Origin: Desulfosudaceae bacterium
GTDB taxonomy: Bacteria; Desulfobacterota; Desulfobacteria; Desulfobacterales; Desulfosudaceae
Direction of reading: 5' to 3'
Assembly (NCBI GenBank): GCA_963674745.2
Contig: CAXXDV010000003.1
Span: 1,120,001 to 1,184,000 of the forward strand
Length of the DNA: 64,000 bases
Each line of letters begins with the position of its first letter. Positions within the stretch are counted from its first letter, which is position 1. A program made the translations under genes and the position numbers. Shown in pieces: positions 1 to 9,588 of the stretch. Under the pieces are notes generated by a model. That model searched no databases. It had not been told where the DNA came from and worked only from the letters and a program-made list of their open reading frames with translations.

Positions 1-178
1 CGGGAAAACCGCTTTGCCTACCTGGAACGGTACCTGACAGCGCTTACCCGAAAAGACTAAACACCTTAAACCTGAAATCGTAGGGGCACCCCCCTGTGGA
101 TGCCCATCATCAGGGCGGCCACAGGGGGCCGCCCCTACAACAATTTCGATCGACCACCAAAACGAAAGACGCCTGCAA

Positions 179-1579
179 ATGAAAATTACATTGATATTTC
201 CGGCAAGGGAAAAAGATATCGCCCGCGGCATGATGAGTATCCCGCCGGCCGGTATCACGCGGCTGGCCGCACTGGTCCCGGAAGAGGATGAAGTGAAACT
301 GGTGGACATGCTCAGTAATGACCGGGTGGACTACAACGCGCCGGTTGACCTGGTCGGCATAACGGTCAGAACGCCGGTGGCCTCTGTTGCCTACAAGATT
401 GCCGACCAGTTCAGGGCCCGGGGCGTGCCGGTGGTCCTGGGCGGCCCCCATGCCTCGGCCGTGCCCCTGGACGCGGCGCTCCATGCCGATATGGTGGTCG
501 TGGGCGAAGCCGAAACCACCTGGCCCCGTTTGCTGGAAGATTTTAAAAAAGGGGAAGCCCGACGGTTTTATGTCTGCGGCCCCCTGAATTTTGATCCCGG
601 CCAATCATCCCTGTTTCATGAACCCAAACTGCCGCCCCTGGCCGGTCTTCCGGCACCGGGAAACGAACTGCTTCCCCGAAGACGGTATATCATGGATTCG
701 ATCATCACCACCCGGGGATGCCCGTTTGACTGTTCCTTCTGCCCGGTAACGACCCTGTTCGGCAAAAAGCCCCGGCACCGGCCGGTCGAAGAGGTCGTCA
801 ACGAGGTGGCCGCCATGAAAAAGCGCATTTATTTCAACCTGGATGACAATATCTTCGGCATTCCCGGGGATGAAGACTACTACCTGGATCTTTTCGCAAA
901 ACTGGCCGCCTTGAAAAAGAAACGGTTCTGGAGCGGTCAGGCCGGGCTGGGCGTGGTCGATACGGAAAAAGGGCGGACCATTCTCCGGCTGGCCGTCAAA
1001 AGCGGCCTGAAACTGGTGTCCGTGGGGATCGAGTCTGTTTCCAAACAGGGCCTGCTCGAGTCCGACGCCGCCAAAAAGCTGTCCAATAAAGACAACCATA
1101 CCCCCAGCCTGGATACCATACTCGACCAGATCCGCGTCCTCAAAGACCACGGCCTGTTTATCCTGGCCTGGTTCGTCATCGGCTGGGACAGCGACACGAC
1201 AGACCAGTACCAGAGCACCCTGGAATTTGCCGATCGGGCCGGGATCGTCCCGATAATCGTAAACCTCTATCCCATGCCGGGCACCCGGCTTTACGACGAT
1301 TTTACCGCGGCCGGCAGAATGAAACCCGGCCTGGACTGGCAAGATTTCAGCCTGGCCGGCAACAACATTGTCTATCACCACCCGCTGCTCAGCGAGCAGG
1401 AGATGGTAGCCGGCGCCGCCGCCGCCATGCGCGACGCCTATTCATGGGGCCGCCGGTTCAAAAGAAGCCTCGACCTCTTGCGCCACAACCCCCGGCCCCT
1501 GAGCTTCCCCCTGTCCATGATCATGCAGCACCGGTTCAAAAAGAACTTCCCCACGGAATTTAGCCACCTGAAAACTTGA
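179..1579 (+). CDS. B12-binding domain radical SAM protein
   Basis: N-terminal B12-binding-like segment (VVLGGPHAS, VVVGEAE) and CxxxCxxC motif (RGCPFDCSFC). Confidence 0.9.
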   Translation: MKITLIFPAREKDIARGMMSIPPAGITRLAALVPEEDEVKLVDMLSNDRVDYNAPVDLVGITVRTPVASVAYKIADQFRARGVPVVLGGPHASAVPLDAALHADMVVVGEAETTWPRLLEDFKKGEARRFYVCGPLNFDPGQSSLFHEPKLPPLAGLPAPGNELLPRRRYIMDSIITTRGCPFDCSFCPVTTLFGKKPRHRPVEEVVNEVAAMKKRIYFNLDDNIFGIPGDEDYYLDLFAKLAALKKKRFWSGQAGLGVVDTEKGRTILRLAVKSGLKLVSVGIESVSKQGLLESDAAKKLSNKDNHTPSLDTILDQIRVLKDHGLFILAWFVIGWDSDTTDQYQSTLEFADRAGIVPIIVNLYPMPGTRLYDDFTAAGRMKPGLDWQDFSLAGNNIVYHHPLLSEQEMVAGAAAAMRDAYSWGRRFKRSLDLLRHNPRPLSFPLSMIMQHRFKKNFPTEFSHLKT

Positions 1580-1610
1580 ATCCCGTGGTTGACTGCGTGT
1601 TCCCCGGCCC

Positions 1611-2100
1611 GTAGGGGCAACCCCCCGTGGTTGCCCACCACCAGGGCAGTCACAGGGGCCTGCCCCTACATTGTCCCTGAACGTTTCCCCCGTGACCCGT
1701 AGGGGCAACCCCCCCGTGGTTGCCCTCCACCAGGGCAGGCACAGGGGCCTGCCCCTACATCGTTCCTGAACGTTTCCCCCGGCCCGTAGGGGCAACCCCC
1801 CGTGGTTGCCCACCACCAGGGCAGTCACAGGGGCCTGCCCCTACATCGTTCCTGAACGTTTCCCCCGGCCCGTAGGGGCAACCCCCCGTGGTTGCCCATC
1901 ACCCGTGCAGGCACAGGGGCCTGCCCCTACATCGTCCCTGAACGTTTCCCCCGACCCGTAGGGGCAACCCCCCGTGGTTGCCCATCATCAGGGCAGGCAC
2001 GGGGGCCTGCCCCTACATTGTCCCTGAACGTTTCCCCCGACCCGTAGGGGCAACCCCCCGTGGTTGCCCACCACCAAGGCAGTCACAGGGGCCTGCCCCT
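1611..2100 (+). repeat. Tandem array of 6 GTAG-REP doublets (REPIN/BIME-like), ~86 bp period
   Basis: Units GTAGGGGCAACCCCCCGTGGTTGCCC-N7-GGGCAGGCACAGGGGCCTGCCCCTAC with near-identical linkers. Confidence 0.95.
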
Positions 2101-2120
2101 CATATGGATGCCCCCAAATA

Positions 2121-2170
2121 TGTGAAAAACTCAAATCGTACTTGACATTTTCACAAAAAGAACCTATCGT
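2121..2170 (+). promoter_or_regulatory. Sigma70-type promoter overlapped by an inverted repeat; probably leaderless transcript
   Basis: TTGACA (2142-2147), 17 bp, TATCGT (2165-2170), ATG at 2177; palindrome TGTGAAAAacTCAA-N7-TTGAcaTTTTCACA at 2121-2155. Confidence 0.6.
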
Positions 2171-2176
2171 ACAAAT

Positions 2177-3334
2177 ATGATTACGCGTGATATATCACAG
2201 GAGCTGACCGCTTCCGCCAAAGAATACCCGGTAACGACCATCTTCGGTCCCCGTCAATCCGGTAAGACCACGCTGGCCAAAATGACGTTTCCCGATAAGC
2301 CTTACTATTCCATGGAAGATCCGGACACCCGCCTGGCTGCAAAAACAGACCCCAGGGGGTTTTTAAGCACTATCCCCGACGGCGCTGTTCTGGATGAAAT
2401 TCAACGCCTGCCCGAATTGCTGTCTTACCTTCAGGGGGTTGTGGATCAGACCAACAGGGCGGGCATGTTTGTTTTAACCGGCAGCCATCAACCCGAGGTT
2501 CATCAGGCCGTCAGCCAGACCCTGGCCGGCCGTACGGCCCTGTTAACCCTGCTGCCTTTTTCCATCCATGAACTGCAGGCGTATAAAAAAAAATGGGACG
2601 CTTTTGATTTGATTGCCTCCGGCGCCTTTCCGCGCCTGCACCAGGAAAAGCTGACCCCGCCCCGTTTTTTCAACGGCTATATTCAAACCTATGTTGAAAG
2701 GGATGTGCGGTCACTGGTGAACATAAAAGACCTGGGGCTGTTTCAGCAGTTTCTTACCCTGCTTGCAGGAAGGGTCGGGCAGGTCGTCAACTATACTTCC
2801 CTTGGCAACGACCTGGGTTTGACAGGCACCACCATTAAGAACTGGCTGAGCGTTTTAAAAGCCTCTTTCGTTGTTTTTGAATTACCCCCGTTTTTTGAAA
2901 ACATCGGCAAACGGGTAATCAAATCACCCAAAATCTATTTTACCGATACCGGCCTGGTAAGCCATCTTCTGGGTATCAATTCTCCGGATCAGGTCGCACG
3001 TGACCCCCTCCGGGGCGGTTTGTATGAGAACCTGGTCATCCTGGAGATTCTAAAATCGTTTTACAACCATGGCCGGCGACCGGACCTTTTCTTTTACCGG
3101 GACACCCATGGCAATGAAGTGGACCTGGTTATCCGGCAGCACCGGCAATTATTGCCCATCGAGATCAAATCCGCCGCCACCTTTACCAAAGACTTTCTTA
3201 AGGGACTCAAACAATTCCGCAAGCAGACACCAGAACGAAGCATCCCGGGGTTTGTCCTGTATAACGGCACTGACCAATATCAGGTCGATGATACCGCCAT
3301 ACAAAACATCCTCGTTCACGGCCTGCCGGTATAA
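2177..3334 (+). CDS. AAA_14 ATPase with DUF4143 / C-terminal PD-(D/E)xK-like domain
   Basis: GPRQSGKT, LDEIQ, LTGS, KSPKIYFTDTGL, EVDLV...IEIK. Confidence 0.9.
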   Translation: MITRDISQELTASAKEYPVTTIFGPRQSGKTTLAKMTFPDKPYYSMEDPDTRLAAKTDPRGFLSTIPDGAVLDEIQRLPELLSYLQGVVDQTNRAGMFVLTGSHQPEVHQAVSQTLAGRTALLTLLPFSIHELQAYKKKWDAFDLIASGAFPRLHQEKLTPPRFFNGYIQTYVERDVRSLVNIKDLGLFQQFLTLLAGRVGQVVNYTSLGNDLGLTGTTIKNWLSVLKASFVVFELPPFFENIGKRVIKSPKIYFTDTGLVSHLLGINSPDQVARDPLRGGLYENLVILEILKSFYNHGRRPDLFFYRDTHGNEVDLVIRQHRQLLPIEIKSAATFTKDFLKGLKQFRKQTPERSIPGFVLYNGTDQYQVDDTAIQNILVHGLPV

Positions 3335-3399
3335 CATGTTGGGCCTGCCCCTATAACCCCAATCCCGAACCTAAAACCTCAAACCTCGAACCCCGACCC

Positions 3400-3630
3400 G
3401 TAGGGGCAACCCCCCGTGGTTGCCCTTCACCTGGGCAGGCACAGGGGCCTGCCCCTACATCGTCCCTGAACGTTTCCCCCGACCCGTAGGGGCAACCCCC
3501 CGTGGTTGCCCTTCATCAGGGCAGGCACAGGGGCCTGCCCCTACATCGTCCCTGAACGTTTCCCCCGGCCCGTAGGGGCAACCCCCCGTGGTTGCCCATC
3601 ATCAGAGCAGGCACAGGGGCCTGCCCCTAC
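3400..3630 (+). repeat. Array of 3 GTAG-REP doublets
   Basis: GTAGGGG starts at 3400, 3486, 3572 (86 bp period). Confidence 0.95.
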
Positions 3631-3660
3631 AACTCAAACCCCGAACCCCGAACCCACCTA

Positions 3661-3808
3661 CCTCGTCATGCCGGACCCCGATCCGGCATCCAGATCGGCT
3701 GGCCATAAATATTCAACTGAACGTGATCCAAGAAAACCAGCCAAAAGACCCCGCCCCCCTTAACCACTTAATCACATAATCACATAATCACTTAACCACA
3801 TAATCACA
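3661..3808 (+). repeat. Composite intergenic repeat: GTCATGCCGGACCCCGATCCGGCATCCAG hairpin + conserved tail + 8-bp TAA(C/T)CAC(A/T) tandem repeats
   Basis: Related copies at ~10399-10552, 13787-13864, 15252-15382 (+) and ~37880-37995, 48260-48385 (-). Confidence 0.8.
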
Positions 3809-3886
3809 TTGACAATTTTACCCCGACAGTACAAAAATGAATATACCGGCCATTTTATCCGTTTTATCTTTTGAAAGAGAACGACA

Positions 3887-4405
3887 ATGCTGATCGACAA
3901 ATTCCTCAAAAACATCGACTTTGACGAAACCCACCACATCACCATCGCCAACCCCCCGGAATCGGTTTACCCCTGTATCTGGGAACTGGATTTCTGTGAA
4001 TCAAAAATCATCCGCCTGCTGTTTACCCTGCGCGGCCTGCCGCGTCAGATGTGCTGCTTAAAAGGCTGCATCGATATCGGGTTTGTCGTGCTGGCAGAAG
4101 AAAAAAACAAGGAACTGGTGCTGGGCCTCTTGATCGATCCCCCGCACTTCAAACCGGCCCGGGTCAAACCAAAAGAATTTATCCGTTTTAACAATAAACA
4201 CCACATCAAGGTGGTCTGGAACTTTTACCTGAAGCCGGACAAACACGGCAACACCGTCCTGACAACCCACACAAGGGTAGGGTGCGCCAGCCCGATGTCC
4301 AGGATGTTCTTCGGCGTCTACTGGCTGATCATCTCCTATTTCAGCGGCCTTATTCGCAAGATCATGCTCAAGCTGATTAAAAACAACGCTGAAAAGGCCG
4401 CCTGA
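3887..4405 (+). CDS. Hypothetical protein, DUF2867/SRPBCC-like
   Basis: Clean ORF with RBS; LFTLRGL, E-LVLG, VWNFYL, LTTHTRV and FGVYWLII pattern resembles this family. Confidence 0.55.
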   Translation: MLIDKFLKNIDFDETHHITIANPPESVYPCIWELDFCESKIIRLLFTLRGLPRQMCCLKGCIDIGFVVLAEEKNKELVLGLLIDPPHFKPARVKPKEFIRFNNKHHIKVVWNFYLKPDKHGNTVLTTHTRVGCASPMSRMFFGVYWLIISYFSGLIRKIMLKLIKNNAEKAA

Positions 4406-4474
4406 AAAACTTTACCGCTAACCATCTCGAACCCCGAACCCCGAACCTTGAACCCTGAACCCTGAACCCTGAAC

Positions 4475-4620
4475 CCACCTGACCACTTTGAAAGTCATCA
4501 TGAATATGGTATAGAAAACAACAGCCTATCTAAAGGGCAGGGGTTTTGTTATAAATGACCAGGTTCGCGGCACAACGCCCCAACCGGTCGCCGAATCCAA
4601 ACGGCTGGAAGCCAAGCCGT
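4475..4620 (+). promoter_or_regulatory. Repeated promoter/structured leader, copy A
   Basis: Near-identical to 13964-14105 and 7856-7965. Confidence 0.7.
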
Positions 4621-4990
4621 ACCGCTTTGCTTGAATTTTACTGGCGTTTGGGCGCGGATATCGCGGAAAAGCAGAAAAACGCCACCTGGGGCAGCGGCTT
4701 TCTCAAGCAGCTCAGCAAAGACCTGATGGCAGAATTCCCTGATATGAAAGGGTTTTCCCGGAGAAATCTGGAAATCATCAGGAGATGGTATCTCTTTTAT
4801 TCTCAGGGGGATGCAAAAGCGAAGCAGCCTGCTTCGCTTTTGCGGCAACAGCCTGTTGCCAAATTGTTTCAAATTCCCTGGTGGCACAATGTCGTCATTA
4901 TTCAAAAATGCAGCACCGTAGAACAAGCCCTGTTTTATGTCCAAAAAACCGTCGAGTACAACTGGTCGCGCAGTGTGCTGATCCATCAAA
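4621..4990 (+). pseudogene. Internal fragment of a DUF1016/YhcG paralogue
   Basis: Highly similar to 14236-14580 but lacks the RBS, about the first 33 codons and the whole C-terminal nuclease domain. Confidence 0.85.
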
Positions 4991-5054
4991 AGGAAAAATA
5001 CGTAAGGTAAGAAGTTACAGATGAGGTATTGCGGGAATCCCTAAAGACCTTTTG

Positions 5055-5423
5055 CTAAAGGTCTTTTTTCATCCTGGTTATTGTATTTATCAAATCGGGC
5101 ATGTGGTCCTTGCAGATGGAAAAAACGATTTCGGCATTCAGGTCAAAATAATGGTGGCTGATAATGTCGCGCATTCCCATGACGCCTTTCCAGTCCATTT
5201 CCGGATATCGACAAAGAAGTTGTCCGTTTGAGACTTTATCAAGGTTCTTTACGCTTTCGCCGATGGCGATCAGCATCATGCAAATGGCGTCCAGTTTATC
5301 AATACCCGATTCTGTTGAGAGGAAATCATCCGAGGAATTAATCCCCTCGAATCTTCGCGTAATGCGGTTTGAGGCAGTAATAATCTGATTGAGAATTTCT
5401 TCAACAAGGTCTCTATCAAACAT
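5055..5423 (-). CDS. HepT-like (DUF86) HEPN ribonuclease toxin
   Basis: IGESVK, W-x5-RDIISHHY (R-x4-H); overlaps the upstream MNT gene. Confidence 0.9.
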   Translation of the reverse strand: MFDRDLVEEILNQIITASNRITRRFEGINSSDDFLSTESGIDKLDAICMMLIAIGESVKNLDKVSNGQLLCRYPEMDWKGVMGMRDIISHHYFDLNAEIVFSICKDHMPDLINTITRMKKDL

Positions 5424-5721
5424 ACACGGCCTCTTGATCGATACGCATTTTTAAAAAAGCATTCATTTTTTTGCGGTAATGAACAATATCGACCTTCCTT
5501 TTATATTCATTTTCGAGTTCTTCTTTAATATGGACAAGTGAAAAAAGATCCGGCTTGCTCATTTTGACAACGATATCCACATCGTTAACCTGTGTAGCTT
5601 TCCCTCTTGCCAGAGAGCCAAAGATTCCGATACTGGTAACAAAATAACTGGCCTCAAAGTCGGCCTTTCTTTTCTTCAGAATTTTAAGACCTTCTTCCAG
5701 TGTTAGTGGCTGAACCTGCAT
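5416..5721 (-). CDS. Minimal nucleotidyltransferase (MNT) antitoxin
   Basis: IFGSLARG...DVDIVV...VDIV; GGAG RBS before ATG 5721. Confidence 0.9.
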   Translation of the reverse strand: MQVQPLTLEEGLKILKKRKADFEASYFVTSIGIFGSLARGKATQVNDVDIVVKMSKPDLFSLVHIKEELENEYKRKVDIVHYRKKMNAFLKMRIDQEAVYV

Positions 5722-5932
5722 CAATATTATCTCCAAGAAAGAATAACTAAATGATATTTATGTGATATTTGATTGTTTACCAAATTATTACAATGATAAC
5801 ATTGCTGAATATAAGTGCAATAGAAATCGACCAGCGCTCACAGGCGGTTGCCCTTACACATATTTGAGAACAGCCTCGAACCCCAAGCCGGTCGCCGAAT
5901 CCAGACCGCTGGAAGCCGTAATCAAAAACATA

Positions 5933-6079
5933 GAATTTCTCGGGATATGGGAGCATCTGAACAACCCCGTGTTTAAACCCGTCGAATTCGACGGGTTTAG
6001 AATCCAGGCCGGATTAAACAGCTTTACGCTCACACCCAAACAGTGGATAGAAAAAACCGGGGCCATAGGGATTATTTCC
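5933..6079 (+). pseudogene. KilA-N domain gene fragment
   Basis: EFLGIWEHLNNPVFKPVEFDGF...TPKQWIEKTGAIGI; near-identical to 9670-9816. Confidence 0.8.
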
Positions 6080-6243
6080 AATTTGCGAAACAGCCTGTTT
6101 CGCAATTACCCCAAAATGCGCAACGGTCCGCTTCACAATTAACAAAACAGATCGCTTCTCAAATCTATCGACGATTCCAAGAAATCTATCGTTAAACCCC
6201 AACCCCCGAAGCTTAAAACCCTGGCACCACACAAATAAACATA

Positions 6244-6550
6244 CTATCCTTGTTGATGCGTTTGAACCAGGTTGATGATGAATGCAATTAATTTTTCTGC
6301 TTTGGGTATCCAGGGCAATACCTGAGACTCATTAAAGCTGACAAAATCGATATAATCTCCTTCCTGCCGTCTTTCAAACAAGTCGTTATAGATTTGGGCC
6401 AAGTCCCTGGGGATTTTTACGGTTTTAACATATTGCTGATTAAAAAGGCTGCGTATGCCGGAATGCTTGGAAGAAGATTGATTGTCCAGCTTCCAGCGTT
6501 TCTTCAGCTCGTGCCAGGCGATGGGAAATCAGGTCCTGGTTCCATTCCAT
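6244..6550 (-). pseudogene. HEPN-domain gene with internal deletion and frameshift
   Basis: ATG overlaps the stop of the NT gene; MEWNQDLISHRLARAEETLEA, then in another frame SSKHSGIRSLFNQQYVK...LFERRQEGDY...QQG*; the expected middle helix is missing. Confidence 0.8.
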
Positions 6551-6864
6551 CAAATACGGATTCCTTCGGCTTCTACCTGCTGAAAAAATGGCATACCCTG
6601 GTAGCGTTCACTTTGCCATTCCCGGTGAGACCTGACAATAGCGGAGATAACCGTTCCGGCCTCCCATTCAATCTCATAGAGACGGTGACGAATGCGATCA
6701 GTGCGTTCATCATTCACAATACCATCTACCAGAACCAGCAGATCCCAGTCCGAATCCGGTCCGGCATCTCCCCGAGATCGGGAGCCGTAAAGAATAATCT
6801 CTGCCGTCGGTTCAACTTCATGAACTGCCTGCCTGATTTGAAGCAATAATCGGTCCTTATCCAT
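6550..6864 (-). CDS. Nucleotidyltransferase domain protein (MNT-type)
   Basis: ILYGSRSRGDAGPDSDWDLLVL. Confidence 0.9.
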   Translation of the reverse strand: MDKDRLLLQIRQAVHEVEPTAEIILYGSRSRGDAGPDSDWDLLVLVDGIVNDERTDRIRHRLYEIEWEAGTVISAIVRSHREWQSERYQGMPFFQQVEAEGIRI

Positions 6865-6995
6865 GGGTTTATACCCCTTTCTTCTTCATCTCGGTCAAGA
6901 CTGCCAGCGGCGGGCGCGATCCGGAATCCAGCCCCTCCAGGCCACAAACACACCCCTGAACAATCTTCAAGAAGGCAAAACACCCACCCCGGCCC

Positions 6996-7123
6996 GTAGG
7001 GGCAGGGCGTGCCGTGCCCAATATCCCCGTGGTCGCCCTCCATCGGGCAGGTACAGGGGCCTGCCCCTACATCGTCCCTGAACGTTTCCCCCGGCCCGTA
7101 GGGGCAACCCCCCGTGGTTGCCC
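6996..7123 (+). repeat. GTAG-REP cluster
   Basis: Three to four REP hairpins of the GTAGGGGC family. Confidence 0.85.
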
Positions 7124-7158
7124 TTGTTTTACCTGCATGATTTCCCGTTTGCTTATCC

Positions 7159-7659
7159 TTAAATCTCGTAACAATCGAGGATCTGGCCGAAGTAGAGCAC
7201 ATGGTAGTCTTTGTCCGGGTAAATCGACCGGTATTCATCTACCAGGTAGGTCGGGTCCATTTCATTTTTAAATACGATTTTGCATTCGAAATGAATGCCG
7301 GGCACATTGATAACAGGAGAAACCACTTTCTGGCTTTTACGGGTCGCCAGTTTACATTTTTTGTACTTGTTTACATCTTTACCTGATTTTGTTCCGCAGC
7401 ATAAAATCTTATCTTTCATGTTTTTCAGGGGGACCGAAACAGTAAAATCTTCAGCTTGTTCCAAAATGGAGAAGGTGTGCCTTGATTTACGCACGGCAAT
7501 CATCAATATCGGCTTTTGCCAGACAACACCGATCGTCGCCCAGCCTATGATCGTTGTGTTCATCTCATCGTCCGATTTAACCGTCAGAAAAGCCCCTTCG
7601 GCCATCTGTTTCATCACCTTTTCCGCAACCGCCATGTAATCTACCTGTTTAATTGACAC
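7159..7659 (-). CDS. Flavin reductase family protein
   Basis: GAFLTV, IGWATIG-W-KP, CGTKSGKDVNK, ECKI, DYHVLYFGQI; GGAGG RBS before GTG. Confidence 0.85.
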   Translation of the reverse strand: MSIKQVDYMAVAEKVMKQMAEGAFLTVKSDDEMNTTIIGWATIGVVWQKPILMIAVRKSRHTFSILEQAEDFTVSVPLKNMKDKILCCGTKSGKDVNKYKKCKLATRKSQKVVSPVINVPGIHFECKIVFKNEMDPTYLVDEYRSIYPDKDYHVLYFGQILDCYEI

Positions 7660-7855
7660 CTGGGCCTCCTGTGATTGTTTTTATTCTGTTTTTCCCTATC
7701 AGCCGGACTTTTGCTTTTTTTACCTGTTTATTCTCCATTAATACCAATCACGCCCATTTTCTGTCAATATTACCAGGGCCACCATAATCACCTGATCCCC
7801 CTGAACCCCAAACCTTAAACCCTGAACCCTGAACCCTGAACCTTCGAACCCCGAA

Positions 7856-7995
7856 CCGCCTGACCACTTTAAAAATCATCATTAATATGGTAAAGAAGAC
7901 AACAGCCTATCTAAAGGCCCAGGCTACGCCCACACCGCTCGCCGAATCCAAACGGCAGGAAGCCGTATACAAAAAAAACATGGAGGTTTTGGGTT
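7856..7995 (+). promoter_or_regulatory. Repeated promoter/structured leader, copy B (internal deletion)
   Basis: Same start and same end (AAAAAAAACATGGAGGTTTTGGGTT-ATG) as the copy at 13964-14133. Confidence 0.75.
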
Positions 7996-9546
7996 ATGGA
8001 CAATAAGTCGACGCCATTACGAATATTTATCAGTTCAGTACAAAAAGAGCTTGAACCCGAGCGGCTGGCTCTATTTTCGTTGTTGACTACCGATCCGGCG
8101 TTAAAGGATCACGTGGAGCCCGTCCTCTTTGAAATACTTCCTCCGCCACCCCGTCCAATGAAAAAGCCATATCTGAAGGCACTCAAGACCTGCCAGGCCT
8201 ATGTACTAATGATTGATCGGGAGTACGCCCCGGAGGGCACTGCCAAGTCACCCACACATGAAGAGTATGAGCTTGCCTGCTTGATGGGCATCCCGGCCCT
8301 GGCCATGATCAAGGGGAGACACGACACCGGCAGAGATCTTCGAACACAAGCGTTCTTTAAAACAATCCGGAAAGACGGTTTCACCTACAAACGGTTCATC
8401 GACCGGATCGACCTGAAAAAAGAAGTAGCAAAATGGCTGATCCAAGTGCTGAAAGATGAGTTCGGCATTGAGCCGCAACCAGGCCAGGAAGAAAGCAGTG
8501 AAGATACCATCGAAGCCGCATCCGCCTTTGAAACCATGCAGCAGGATGGCCTTTCATTAAGCGATCTGGATTTACCGGCTGCACGGCAATTGTATGCGGA
8601 ATTGACAGGCCAATCCGCTAAATCAGCAACCATGACGAAAATGTCCTCTGTCTTTCGGGTGCGCGGTTTGCTCTGGCGTAACGGCGACACCGGTGCTCTG
8701 CAACCCACCGCTGCAGGCGTCGTGTTTCTCGGCCAAAACCCCTGGCTGGCATATGCCCAATGCCAGGTGCTGGCGGATGCCTATTGGGATACGAAAGTGA
8801 CCTCAAAACCAAAGTCCCAGGCGAAGTTCACCGGCCCCATTGCATTCATAATCGAGGAACTCCTCGATTTCGTCCACAGCAACACGGCGCACCCGACCCG
8901 GGTTGTGGGAATAAACAATATTGAGCTTGACGAGTATCCGCGCCTTGCCGTGCGCGAGGCACTGGTCAATGCCTTCGCACACCGTAATTATGAGGATACC
9001 TCACGCAAAATCCGGCTTGAGATTTTTCGGGATCGTCTGGTTGTATCCAGCCCCGGCTATCCCCCCAGGCCGCTTACACTGGCCAAGCTCAGACGAGGCA
9101 AGTACGAATCGTGCAGACGAAATCCGGTAATTGCCGAATGCCTTGCCTCTCTGGATATGATGGAACAGCGAGGAACCGGGTTTGAAAGAATCCGTGCCGC
9201 CATGCAGGACCACGGATTGAGCGCGCACAAACTGGAACAGCGCGATGGTTATTTTAAGGTCATTCTGCCCGGACCGGACGGGGACTTTGACCGGCTCCGG
9301 ACGCCAGCCGATGCCCGGGGCCTGATCTCGCTGTCCATAGAGTCCCGGCTGAACGAACGGCAGAAACAAATCATGGTGCAGGTGCAGACCGAAGGCAGCG
9401 TGACGAGCGGGTGGTGCAAAAAGGTGTTCGGCGTGGCATATCAGACCGTGTATCGGGACTTGAAGGGGTTGCTGGAGGCAGGACTTGTTGAGCAGACGGG
9501 TTCGGGACGAAGCACGCGGTACATCATTAAATTAGCCGATGATTAA
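7996..9546 (+). CDS. DUF4062 + RecG-C-like (HATPase_c_4) ATP-binding domain + C-terminal wHTH protein
   Basis: RIFISSVQKELEPER; REALVNAFAHRNY, SPG, RNPVIA, EQRGTG; RDLKGL...GSGRSTRY. Confidence 0.8.
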   Translation: MDNKSTPLRIFISSVQKELEPERLALFSLLTTDPALKDHVEPVLFEILPPPPRPMKKPYLKALKTCQAYVLMIDREYAPEGTAKSPTHEEYELACLMGIPALAMIKGRHDTGRDLRTQAFFKTIRKDGFTYKRFIDRIDLKKEVAKWLIQVLKDEFGIEPQPGQEESSEDTIEAASAFETMQQDGLSLSDLDLPAARQLYAELTGQSAKSATMTKMSSVFRVRGLLWRNGDTGALQPTAAGVVFLGQNPWLAYAQCQVLADAYWDTKVTSKPKSQAKFTGPIAFIIEELLDFVHSNTAHPTRVVGINNIELDEYPRLAVREALVNAFAHRNYEDTSRKIRLEIFRDRLVVSSPGYPPRPLTLAKLRRGKYESCRRNPVIAECLASLDMMEQRGTGFERIRAAMQDHGLSAHKLEQRDGYFKVILPGPDGDFDRLRTPADARGLISLSIESRLNERQKQIMVQVQTEGSVTSGWCKKVFGVAYQTVYRDLKGLLEAGLVEQTGSGRSTRYIIKLADD

Positions 9547-9588
9547 TCTATCACTAATCTATCACCAAAACGCGAAAATCTATCACAT

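Noticed and set aside
1611..2100. CRISPR array (also 47161-47477, 50195-50678, 56496-56936, 58905-59312)
   Set aside because: Linkers are near-identical rather than unique spacers, units are GTAG-REP inverted doublets, no cas genes are present, and a RAYT explains them
4555..5010. Intact 151 aa gene
   Set aside because: Chimera of leader sequence and an internal DUF1016 fragment, with no RBS and no nuclease domain
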